Shown here: in pieces, positions 13,701 to 25,695 of the stretch
Position numbering within the stretch: the stretch's first letter is position 1
Layout of the letters: the number at the start of each line of letters is the position of its first letter
Assembly: GCF_001186125.1 (NCBI RefSeq)
Contig: NW_014040365.1
Span: forward strand, 48,187 to 90,831
Length of the DNA stretch: 42,645 bases
Source of the DNA: Sphaeroforma arctica JP610
Lineage: Eukaryota
Reading direction: 5' to 3'
Notes under the pieces: generated by a model
What the model saw: only the letters and a program-made list of their open reading frames with translations
The model's database searches: none
What the model was told of the DNA's origin: nothing
Position numbers and translations under genes: made by a program

Positions 13701-16700
13701 AAAACCAAAAATTGGGACAGACTCCAAAATATCTGTGGATCGGATGCTCCGATGCTCGTGTACCTGCGGAGAACTTGACGGTATGAGAAGAAAACAAATC
13801 AACTCAGCTTATAGTCATGGAATGTTTTAGACATTTAGATATGACAAATGTTTTATCTGACTATTCTGTACGACATTTCTGTACTAACCCAATTATTGTA
13901 TGTGTGTGTGAGTGTGTGTGTATTCGTGTGAGTATGAGTATTCGCGTGAGTGTGTGTTTATTCGTGTGTGAGTGTATGTATGCGTGTGTGAGTGTATATC
14001 TGTTTTAGGGTTTTATGCGTGCGTGTGTATTCATGTATGCGTGTGTGTATTCGTGTGTGCGTGCGTGTGATATGACATGTTCCGACACTTTGACGCCATG
14101 TACTGCATCAACTGGTCTACTTTGCCGGTTGTTGATATCGTACACCAGTAACTGTTGAAGAAGTCATGATCTATCCTATCTGTCAGCGTGTATTATTGGT
14201 ATTGGATCTTCAATTGATTATTGAATTTGTCGTAAACCCCCTACATCAGTACAATGTGACAGTTTCAGTCATCGACCGTATTGCATTGTGTGTTTCGACT
14301 GAATCTAGTTGTTTAATATGACATTACACCGCTAATCGTGGGAATGCGACACGCTCTTCTAGTTACTATAGTTGAGGCCTCTTTCGCCTGCCGATATTGA
14401 TGTATGCCATGTACTGCGTGTTTTCCGTGAGTGTGCATGGTTGATATGGTCGTTGGTTCTCGCGTCCGTCTCCGTACTCAACGGACCATGGACATACTCA
14501 CCTTCATAGCAACTGCCGGCTAGTATTAAAATAAACACTATCTCGTAGTAGGTTTGTTACCAAGGACATACTGTGAAGGCCTGTGACATGTCAACGGGAA
14601 TGCTATTTCGGTACTCGTATGCACATCGTGATTGTTCGTATCCTCGACAGCGTGATCAAGGGCTGCGCTGATTGAAAAGTTGGGTTGTGCTGTCGTCCAT
14701 TTTTAGAGTACTTTCTTGATTGAACACAATGAGGCAAAAACTTAATGAACTCCCTTGAAATCGTTAAGTAGGCGTATGGCATTTAACCTATATGGTCGTG
14801 TTGCTTCCACTATAGGGTCTCAATGATGGAGAAATTTTCGTGCATCGAAATATCGCCAACATGGTAGTGAATACCGATATCAACATGCTGTCTGTGCTGA
14901 CGTATGCGGTAGAGGTGTTGAAGGTAAGGTTCTGGACCCCAATGCTACTTCGTGCACTTTTTCTTGCATGGTCTTTATCATGCACTTATAATTCGTTGTC
15001 CGTTGTTACATTCACCTTGTTATCGCTGGGCGTGATTATTGTTGGTATATATTTTAGTACTTGTTTGAATGTTTGTATCCTTAGGAAAGGAACGGATATA
15101 TAAATAATGACATTCTATTTGCTTGCGTGCGTGCTAAAGAGGCCTAATATGAGCTTGTTTCTGATTGTGATAGCCGCTGTCTCTGGACTCTATAGGCATA
15201 GTATAGTGTGTTATCCGTTATTAAAACTTGGTCGGTGAATTTTTTTGTTTATATTTTACGCGCATTTTCCGTTCGAAGCCTTGTTTCATATGATTCATTC
15301 GGAGAGCCCTTTCACGTATATTTTCGTTATTTCTCCTTCTATGCATGTGAAGCATGTTCGTGTGTATGGTGACTGCACAACTATACTATTCCGTCAGAAC
15401 TCTTTGTCACTTGCAACTACGCCAATCACTCAGCAGTCTCACTTCCTATTTATAGGGAGTGTTGTGGGTGTAAACTGTACAACTTCACTAAGTAATTCGT
15501 ATTTGGTGTAAGTCGCAAGTAACCAGTCAGCACTAGTACTCTAACTCCCTCTGCTATTTGGCCAGCACTCCTTATCTGTCCTGTGCTCATAATCTTTCTT
15601 CTGTGTTGATGACAGGTGAAACATATCATTGTGTGTGGACACTACGGCTGTGGTGGTGTGAAGACGGCAACCGAAGCTAACCACGATCTGGGCATCATCG
15701 AGCATTGGTTGAGAAATATCCGAGATGTGAAGCGATTGGTGTGTGCATCGTATTGTACACGCTTTAGTATTGCGCAATGCATGTGTAGTGAGCTGTCTGC
15801 GAGTTCTGTACTAAGTGCATTTCATTTTTGTTTTTTGGTTGGTGGCCATTTTCGCAGGACAGTGATCATTGTGCGAAATCTTCTTGGGCGTAAAAGATTC
15901 AACGGTGGGGGAACTAGTGTTATAAATCAACAATACAGTGCGACGTATTTTTTGTTCCCCAATCTGGGATCCTCGGGGTTGTAGGACCTGGCCCTTCTTC
16001 AGTGCGCATACATATCAGTTACATATCAGGGTGATGTTCAAAACATTCCTTTGTGATAGACCGTCAGCTACATACAAACGTGACATTGGGCACATATCAG
16101 TGTGTTGTGGCATTGGCGACAGCGTTAAATGGCTGCAAGTGACAAATAATTAGTGTATCTGATCAGATCGCCCTGCATCGAGTACACCATCGGAGTCTGC
16201 GTGATTCCTAATGTCATTCTACAATTGTATCACCCGTTCTCATAGATTCGTTCTCGTTCTTTGAGGACTGCGACTGGTTCATATCTATCCAAGTTACATA
16301 CTTGATTGAGCTCGACTCCACTATAATCGACGGAACTCGCAACCTATGTAGTCACGTTTATTTGCAATGTATATACATAACTACGAAAATATGTATAAGT
16401 ATACTCATTTGTTTTTCCCCACTGCAGCATATGACTGAGCTTAACTCTATTGTAGACGAGGAAGTTCGCTACCGACGGCTGGTGGAGTTGAATGTGGTTG
16501 AGCAATGGTAAGTGCTTGTGAACGTTTTCGAGATAGGATTCGGTACATAATCACTTTTTATGTATTAGTATCAATGCATTTGTGATATCTCCGTAGTAGC
16601 AAGTTGGTTAACCACTCCTACTACGGGAATATAACAAAACTGTGACTTATTAGGCACGAGTCCCCATGTCCCCAGGACTCAGTAGCACTGCGACAACACG

Positions 16701-17450
16701 CTATCACAGAAATTTTCCCGAAATCGGGGAATCAAACCCATAGATCGCAGCTTAAGTGTAATGAAAGTAGCGCGATGACTCGAGAATTTACTGTCGTGCC
16801 ACAAACGCCCCTTAGCAATGAATCTGCAAAACGAACCTACCCTACATAGCTATTGTTGATATTCATTAGTAAATTATTTGAGATCACAACCTGCCCTGTC
16901 GTTTGTTGAGTTTGCTGGTAGTATCATGTCTACCTATTGACATGGGCGCCGACTCAGGTATGGAGACATTGCACTCATAAAATGTAAACGATCATATCTC
17001 TGATGTTCACCGGCTTTTGCTCCTTTCACATCACCACGAACAGTATAAATCTATTCAAGACTGGTGTGGTACAGAATTCTCGCACTGAGTCCGGATATCC
17101 TCTCATCCATGGGCTGGTATATGACATTGGAGACGGTCTTTTGAAGGAGCTGAATTTGGATCTCATTGGTAAGTTACGATACTATGGCCATCTTTGAGTC
17201 TTGAGCCTTTCCTTGCGCTCGTATTCGGTGAATAGTCCAATTTTTGAGTGCTTAAGGGTTTTGGCCATTGGCTTCAATCTGACAACTATATGGTGCGTAC
17301 AAAATTAACGAGTCATATAGACAGTAGAAAAACATCAGACTAGGATGTGGATATTAGTCGCTTAGAACGTACGTCTTTCCAAAATGTATATCATCCCATT
17401 CTACAGGATACATGAAACAATACAGAAGTGTGTACCGTCTTTATACATAA
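9357..17450 (+). CDS. Beta-class carbonic anhydrase with an N-terminal extension
   Basis: Exons 9357-9402, optional 9514-9558, 11356-11558, 12572-12645, 13660-13780, 14816-14923, 15616-15738, 16428-16507, 17044-17168 and 17407-17450, with consistent phases. Motifs: [22 protein letters not shown] (Zn-binding Cys, Asp/Arg dyad), [32 protein letters not shown] (Zn-binding His and Cys), [23 protein letters not shown]. The first exons are less certain than the catalytic core. AATAAA at 17510-17515. Confidence 0.92.
9677..10992. repeat. Compound (TA)n/(TACA)n/(CA)n microsatellite block in a carbonic anhydrase 5' intron, including a 20-N gap
   Basis: Directly visible low-complexity sequence; source of the YIYI/HTHT ORFs. 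Confidence 0.97.
11737..12293. repeat. (TATG)n/(TA)n microsatellite block, intronic
   Basis: Directly visible, between carbonic anhydrase exons 11356-11558 and 12572-12645. Confidence 0.95.
12850..13340. repeat. (TA)n-rich microsatellite block, intronic
   Basis: Directly visible, between exons 12572-12645 and 13660-13780. Confidence 0.95.
13898..14070. repeat. (GT)n-rich degenerate microsatellite, intronic
   Basis: Directly visible GTGT/GTGC/ATTCGTGTG motifs. Confidence 0.85.
16579..16811 (-). mobile_element. Putative tRNA-derived SINE or Pol III-type structured element in a carbonic anhydrase intron
   Basis: The minus strand starts GGGGCGTTTGTGGCACGACAGTAA (tRNA 5'/A-box-like) and has GGGTTTGATTCCCC (B-box-like, 16726-16739). 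Several hairpins follow, including a 60-nt one at 16579-16638. No full cloverleaf. Confidence 0.45.
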
Positions 17451-18448
17451 GCTGACGTCCCGTAGAATTGCGTCGAGGCCGGAAATACTGCACACTTTGG
17501 TTCACTGCCAATAAATAAGATAGAATATATCTGCAGTGTCTAAAATGAACCACTCGCTCGTTTTAAGCCAGGGACAATATAGCATGTATCATTTTAATAA
17601 GCAAATAAAGGCCAAATTGGTCTGACTTTATATTGTGCGAGTTTGAACTATAGTTGAGTTGTATGTATTCTATATTTGTATCCTTAATTGATGCAGAACT
17701 ATAGTCGCACCTGATTGTGGCACTTGAAAATTAGAGAAAACTCCGAAACAGGTTCTATTCATGTATATCAGCTAGAGACGAGGAGCTGCCATATACGTAT
17801 CATGAACTTCAACCAGTGAAATTTGATTGGTATGACATAGTCAACGACCGAGAGAGCAACAATGGCACTGGGTACAACTATCGATTGAAAAATCTGTCGA
17901 CGAACATAAGTGGGGGCCTGGGGGGTGGGTTAATGTGATGTTGTTCTTTCTAGCCATTTGTAGTGGTAGAGCGTTGGCGATGTCCGGTGGAGTCAAATCG
18001 CGCTAAGCTTATCGTTGTACTCATGCTGATGACCAGACGATTGAAACTGAAGACATACAACGTGTTCACATATCCAATAGAAATTGGTAAAAACTGCTCA
18101 GTTAGGGCTTAGCAGAACCGTCACTTTGGAAGGTTTTTGATACTTCAGCCTATGGCTTGCCCAAGGATTTCTTTAATGAGAGCCCCAAACTCCCAGGGAT
18201 ATTAATATAGTGATCGTAAATAGGAGTCCCGTCTCCGAGTTATCCCGAATATTAAGTTTTGGGTCGGTCTCATGTTTTGGGTCTTACTCTTTCGGCTTTT
18301 CCCCTTTTGGTCATTACTCCTTCGGCTTTTTGGGTCAGTCCCTCGTCCACTCGACTGTCGTAATTTCTGGTCTTCATCTGCTGGTCTCAATGGCGGTGTC
18401 CACTCAAATCGTCCGATGGTCTGACGTCATGGTCTTGCTAGGACTTAG

Positions 18449-18593
18449 TTTTTTTTATGGTCGAGGATAGCTCAGGGTAGTCAACCTGCAGTGTGAATCC
18501 CTGAACTGGACTTTTTTTCGTACGACTTCGCAAAGAATTGCCAGCCCGGGAATCCAACGCAATCCAACGATCTAACCAACTGAGCTATCCCGC
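18449..18593 (-). mobile_element. tRNA-derived SINE-like element or tRNA pseudogene with an A-rich tail
   Basis: The minus strand reads GCGGGATAGCTCAGTTGGTTAGA (classic tRNA D-arm/A-box), then GGATTCCCGGGCTGGCA (degenerate T-arm), and ends CCATAAAAAAAA. The anticodon arm is disrupted. Confidence 0.55.
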
Positions 18594-19820
18594 CTGTTGT
18601 CACACGCACCGGTTCGAAATATGAAGTCCCACAATCTCTGAATTACACATACAAGTATGTACTTCTAATGTACATAGTCGATATTCAAATGTTATAATGA
18701 ACTATATTAACATTATATAATATATCATGGTCAACGGTTCTCATTTGGCCATGAATATATATATATATATATATTATATAGATATATATATATATATATT
18801 ATATAGATATATATATATATATATATTATATATACCATCTAAACTTATGCGTTCTCAATTTCAAAATTTCGAATAGTTTAAGTATTCAAACCCTTGCTGT
18901 TGTGACGTTAGATATAAGCCTGTTCGTGCAGCGAGGGATGACGGTTGCATATGTAGAGGACTTCAGAGTTAACATAAAGCACAAGCCCGGTTTCATCATT
19001 TAAGAAATATCACCACTATTTTTACCATAGCTTCGTGTTTGTGTACATTGTAGGCCTGCGCTGGTATCAAACATGCCGATTTACACGGAATGGTCTGTCA
19101 CGATTAAACAATAAAACGAGAGTTGAGACCGTCACCGCCCCCGTAAAGGTACACTTAATCTAAATAATGGATTGTGAATAATTTCGTTGGTTGAGAGTTT
19201 ATTGGGTTTATTATGTACTATGTAGTAGTTAAACGAATGCTGGCAGGACAGCCATGGTCCACGAGATCACTGTGTCATGAAGTTGATGTTGGCTGACACA
19301 AAGACCATCTCCACGCACATCATGCTATAATGTAATATGGCCAAAAAAAATAGAATTTTCAAACATATTGGAGTTCGCGGTGGTCCGAGTGTCACCACAG
19401 CACAAATGGTGGTGCAGACAGGATGATTGTGCTTAAGAGCAATCTTCTGGCCCATCTGTTGCGCACATGTATATCATACAATTGTGGAGTAATATATCAC
19501 CATGAGTGAGGACCAGGCGAAGTAAGATTATTTCAGTCGATTGATTGTACTTAAAAAAACGAAAAAGAGCGAAGTTCATTTCGGTTGATTTTATTTCTAC
19601 AGCTAAGAACCATTCAAATCATCTAACCATTACCATACAGATCCGCTATGCTCTAAGCAGTCGCTACAGCAAGTGTGTGTCGGTGATATGTGCGTTGGTG
19701 TCTGAAACGAGCTCAGTCCTCACGAGCGATTTCTAAATTCCCTCGTCACGCGCAAGACCGTAGTCAATTTCAACGAACATACTTACGTGAAAAGCTTTAG
19801 ACTTATTTAGCTAAACAACG

Positions 19821-22800
19821 CTATGATCCCAGCAGTCGCTGCAGCATAAATGTAACTGTGGCTGAGACAAGCACAGTCCCTATGAGTAGTTTTTGAACTT
19901 CTTCGTCATGCACAAGACCGTAATTTGGCGAATGCTTGGCGATGCTCGCCGGAATCATATCCGAGATCGTTGTGCTCACCCTGACAATTGAAAGTTGGGT
20001 TCAGAACGCGTTATATGGGGGTTCGATTAATATACTTTCATGTTGAGCCACCCACGATATGACAGGTTGTGAGTCTCGCGATTTTGCATCGTTCAGATAA
20101 AGGTCGGCATGTATGCTAAAATAAATATCGCGATGGACAAAGAACTATTTCCGCGAATATTTTCAATGTGCAACTACGATGACTACAAAGAACAATACAC
20201 GAAAAAACTTCTTACCTGCTCAGTACGTTGAGTATTTGCGACGCTGGCGAATCTATCTCGAGACTAGTAGAAGCACCCTGAGATAACAAATTGTGTGATT
20301 CAAATTTGACATCGAAGTAATCGTGAGTTGAATAAAAAAAAGACAGCTGTGAGTTGCGCTTGATGTGTCGGTTTTTGCTCCTCACATCTTGCTGCCAATG
20401 CCAAAATTCGATACGTCAGGTGCAAATAACATCCATTTGTGCACAAAACTTCGAACTGCGCATCCACCACTAATAGCTCGTATCATGCCCAGGACTAATC
20501 AGAACCGCGACCACATGCCTCTGTACTCACCGGATTGATCGTATGTACCGTTACCGACGGCTCACCTACATCGTGCACAACGTCCGCCTCCCTGAAAACT
20601 TCACCTTCTGTCGCTATCTCTGTGATTGCTTCAGGCGCAGTATCAGATGCAAGCGTAGAAGACTGATTTTCTATAGATTTCGATTGCAGTGGCGATGTAG
20701 TCTCCGCCGATGAGTTGGATTTCGATTGCGCAGTAAGAGCTAGAAATAAGATTAAGAGAAACAACACAGTGTTGTTTGTGCTGATGTTAAATTTGAGTTC
20801 GGAATTGCGCTCGCTGTTATGGGCCCATCGTATCTGAGGGCTATACAACATAATATTTATACCATGGAATTCTGGGTTTGAAGAGATCTCAAGTGTATGC
20901 TACGGAGTGCACTAAGTCTTTATGGCCCGTAGCCGTCACGTCAAACGCCTTGTTTACGGCCGCCACGCTGAGTATTGGCATGTAATCAAATATAGAAACT
21001 AACTTTTAAACTGATAAAGCATTGCAGCGCACCCATGTGCTATTTTAAAGGTACACGCTGAGAGAAACCGCGGCCACAATCACAAAACACAGCTGCCGTA
21101 CCTTCGAGTAGGAACGTGCGGTCGAGAGCCTTCACAGCATCCTGCACTTCCCTGTGTATGAAGTGGCGTTCTTCTGTCAGAACGTCTTCTAACCTCTCAT
21201 TCACACCGGCGATGATTCTCCTTCTTTTGCGAGGCTCAAAGGCAACCAGAGATAGGAACACAAGGAAGAAATTGAAAGCCTGATGGGAAAAAAAGGCGCA
21301 CGGGTGCAAGTAACTTGTGATTAGTAGCGACCCAGACACGAGAAAATAAAACAATTCCTCAATGATAGAATATTAAGCCAGTAAAATACGGCATTACGGT
21401 CGTGAATATTGTAAAAGTATTATTTCTGATTTCATCAACTATGAGAGGTATATACTGATCCCCTTACAGGCAGCAAAAAAGTAATCAAACAGGCATGTGG
21501 ACTCGGTCACTAAGTGAAGATATGCCACGTGTATTTATTGGGGGAAATATGATGCAGAGGCGACTTCATCGTATAAATAAAAAAGGTCAGACAGAATGAT
21601 TGAAAGTCCAATGCGTTCGATTTGGAAACACTCAGTGTATTTACATGTGCACATTCTGATCATACCATAACGATGAGCGTTCCGTACGTAGAAATGCTAC
21701 GAATCTTGTCACTCCAGAGCTGTTCCTCATGGTAACGTTCTCGAATGGCTGTGCAGAGAAAATGTCAAATGAGTATAAACGATTAATATATATATCAATA
21801 CCAAAAGACCGCTGCATGCGACGCCATGAAGTGAGCGGCTGCGAAGATATCGAGACGAAGCAGCCGCGCAGATCACGTTTCCCTTCCAAACTCACTCTCT
21901 CACAACAAATATGACCCGCGTTAATCTGTGTACAGACCAAATATTTATTGTATGCCCACCTAATGTATATTTACGCAGGGTCGTCTCCACATTCCCCTCC
22001 GCGCGTTCCAAGGCTTTCTCGGCGGCCTCCTCACTGCGCTTCAACTGGTGCTCAAGTCTGTGCAGTTCGCCGAATTTGACCACGTCTTCACTCCCCCAGT
22101 GTTGCTGCTTTTGCAGAAGCGAATTAATTTCCTGTTGTGCTGTTCTCCTACAGTTTTGCCCATAGGTGATTGGAAAGCGAGGTATTGTGAGAAAGGACGG
22201 CAGAGTATTGGTGGTGAGAGTCCTACTAAAATTGTTCTCCACTTGATATAGGACGGTGCTTGAAATCTCCGGGTGACCGGCGCTCGGTTATCAACAAATA
22301 CATAGAGAATATGGAAGAATACCTTACTAAACCATATCACCGCAGTTTGACACGTACAAAATAAGACGCCAAGAACAACACCTTACCGTTGCTTGAGAAT
22401 ATCTGCCAGGTAAGCCTGAGCTTCTTTATACGCCACTCTCGCAGACATGTGTGCTGCGTCGCTGGTCTCCACACCCGCTTTGAGCCTCATAATCCCCTCA
22501 TAGCCCGTCAGAGCATTGATTCGCTCCGATGTAATCTTAGTCCACGCACCAATGTTCTCCGTCCAGTGCCCCGAACCGCTACTCGCCTTTAAATCTGACT
22601 GGAAACTCTTAAACCCGGACACCCACTTATCTGACGTGCGCCCCACTTTCTCGCGTACTTTGTTCAAGCCACTCACGCTCATATTCTTGAACGCAATCAT
22701 ACTCTGAGTCACAGCTTCTGCGCCGGTGCCTGTGGTACTATCTGTACCAGCGCTTGGTCCCTTCCCGTTTGAAGCTGCTCCATTCGCGCTCGTATGCGCG

Positions 22801-23843
22801 CTTCTAGGCACTTCACGCCCACTTGAAGCACTACCCATTACATTTTCGACAACTTTCCCACCATTTCCACCTTGCGATGCTCCTGTACTTGTCTGTGTTT
22901 GCGAGAAGGATGTGCTACTTGAATGTGAGTGTGCGAGTCTACCATGCAGTGCTGCTTGTGTAGAGGATAGCGTGCTTGTTGCAGATGGGTGTGTGTTTGC
23001 TGGTGCCCCATTCGGTGCAGATTGGGCCGCATCGGGTGGTGGCATTGTATTCGAGGGCTGCGAGGTAGGATTAGATGGGTGTAGTAAACTCGCAGGGTTG
23101 GTAGCAGATTGCGTTGTGCTTGTTTGGGGCACCTCAGAAGGTTTGCCATACAACGGACTATGAACACGGGATGCCCCGGTCTGTGCTGAGTTTGCACTCG
23201 CTGTTTTGTTAGCTGAAAGGGAGAAGTGCTGGGAATTTACTTCAGAGGGTGTAGCATACAAAGGACCGTGAGCACTAGAGGGCACATCTCCGCTCGTGGC
23301 ATCTGATTTGACAGTCTCTGCTGTACTGTCCCTCGCGTTGGTGGGGTTCGAAGTATGCGACGACGGTAACTTCTGATCAGCTTTAGAGTCTGCAATGAGA
23401 TGAAGATTAATATATTGACATATTGATAGAGGCTATGAAAGGATAAGTAGTTACAAAAACTCCTCGAGAAAAAAAAACGATTAATGCAAAAGCAACACCT
23501 ATGCAGTTGTTTCGTACATGCACAAACACAGACTCATACACAGACACAGACACAAACATATATACATATATACATATATACATACAGACATATATACATA
23601 CAAACAGATTATACAAACACACACACATAAACACACACACACACACATAAACACACACACACACATATATATATATATATGTATATTCATATCCATATTT
23701 TATTTATATATATAAATATATATGTATACATATATATATATATAAAATACGGGTATAATATACATATACAAATACATATATAAATACATACATACATACG
23801 TACATACATACATACATATATATATATGTACATATTGTAATAC

Positions 23844-23917
<74 letters not shown>

Positions 23918-24229
23918 TATATATATATATATATAATAGTNNNNNNNNNNNNNNNNNNNNNNNNNNNNNNNNNNNNNNNNNNNNNNNNNNNNNNNNNNNN
24001 NNNNNNNNNNNNNNNNNNNNNNNNNNNNNNNNNNNNNNNNNNNNNNNNNNNNNNNNNNNNNNNNNNNNNNNNNNNNNNNNNNNNNNNNNNNNNNNNNNNN
24101 NNNNNNNNNNNNNNNNNNNNNNNNNNNNNNNNNNNNNNNNNNNNNNNNNNNNNNNNNNNNNNNNNNNNNNNNNNNNNNNNNNNNNNNNNNNNNNNNNNNN
24201 NNNNNNNNNNNNNNNNNNNNNNNNNNNNN

Positions 24230-24287
<58 letters not shown>

Positions 24288-24716
24288 TATCATATATACA
24301 TACACATATACATGCACACATTCATACACGCACACACTCACACACACTCACACATTTATATATATATATATATATTAAATTTATATTACGCATACATATG
24401 TGTATGCTTGTATGCAATTACATACTTGTTTGTGAACAAATTCGTGTGGAGCACTTTCATTGTTGTAGATAAAAAGGTACATTTACCCCTTCAAATTTCT
24501 GTAGTATATTTTGTACCGTCATAGTTTACCTCTAGTGCGATTAAGCACAGTAATAACATTTGACATACCATTATTCTTATTTCCGGTTGTATACCTGCGT
24601 GTTGGACTACTGAAAACATTGCGTTGTCGTACTCCGTGCTGATGCTGTAGTGCGTTCTGTACGGACCGCCTCCACAGCTGGGGGCCTATGGCCGGCAACA
24701 CACGCAGCTTGTACAT
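19821..24716 (-). CDS. SHE9: She9/Mdm33-family mitochondrial inner-membrane coiled-coil protein
   Basis: Exons on the minus strand: 24716-24569, 23389-22387, 22147-21960, 21748-21666, 21279-21102, 20739-20531, 20277-20216 and 19980-19821, with consistent phases. Motifs: [68 protein letters not shown]...FEPRKRRR, and a C-terminal hydrophobic segment. The Arg-rich, acid-free N-terminus resembles a mitochondrial presequence. Confidence 0.9.
23520..24410. repeat. (TA)n/(CA)n microsatellite block in She9 intron 1, including an N-gap
   Basis: Directly visible. Confidence 0.95.
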
Positions 24717-25695
24717 TATCAATTAATCAGCAACAGTATCTGACCATTGAATCGCACCGTGCGATAAGATTTGCTTTTATATTATCCGTATTTTATTCAG
24801 CGCCTGAAGCCAACTTATAGAATACCACGCTAAAAGATGCGGTCACACCGAAGCATTGTGGACGGTTATATGTACGGTCAGTTCACTGAGTCAATTATCG
24901 ATACTGAACGCACTGAAGCTAGTCAGCTATACATATAGCTGGAGACTGTCTATCTTTCTAACGTGGATGTATGTATATATACTTGAATCATAAATGATGG
25001 GTGAAATATACAAGCTGCACACCGTGTGAAGTGTGAACAGTGAAAGTTGGTAAATTGTGGTCATCTCCAGCTGTGTGACTGTGAGTGTTCAGTGTAAACT
25101 CTAAACAAAATTCAAATATTGATGACAGCTTTGTGACAATGTTTTTAATTTAATTTTTTTTTGTTAGAAGAACAACTATATATATATATATTTCATAGCC
25201 TTCGATAGGACATAAATAGGCTGATTCATAGCCTTGTTTGTTTTAGAAAAAGGCTTTGGCCTAAAGATCATATATGTACACGTATTCGAATATTACGACA
25301 CATTTCCGACATTGTGTTATGTTTTTATTTCTATGTCGTTTGTCGGTATACCTCTACTTACCTTCTACGTCTGGTTTAATTGTGATCCGGAATAAAAAAC
25401 ATAGGACGAATTAAATACACGAACGAAGAGTAAAAAGTATAAGCTCTACTACAGGTCCACGTTTGCAGGCTATGACAGTATTTAAAAGCGCGTCATTGCC
25501 TTCTTCATCATTATTACAAAAAAATAGGAAGGATGTAATATTATTAAAAAATACATACATACATACACCAAAGCTAGGCAAATATACGCTCAGTACTACC
25601 ATTCACTGTTGTGTAGATGGGAGTTTAAGAACACACTGTGAACACAGAAAGTATTGTACAGTAGTACACTGTAGACGTATACATAAGGATACAAG

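Noticed and set aside
18449..18620. Functional tRNA gene
   Set aside because: No intact anticodon arm or cloverleaf on either strand.
21960..21975. Alternative She9 donor at 21975 (C|GTAAAT)
   Set aside because: The donor at 21960 restores the family-like [16 protein letters not shown] and was preferred.
22389..23197. Overlapping ORFs on both strands within She9 exon 2
   Set aside because: They are shadow or alternate frames of the real coding exon.
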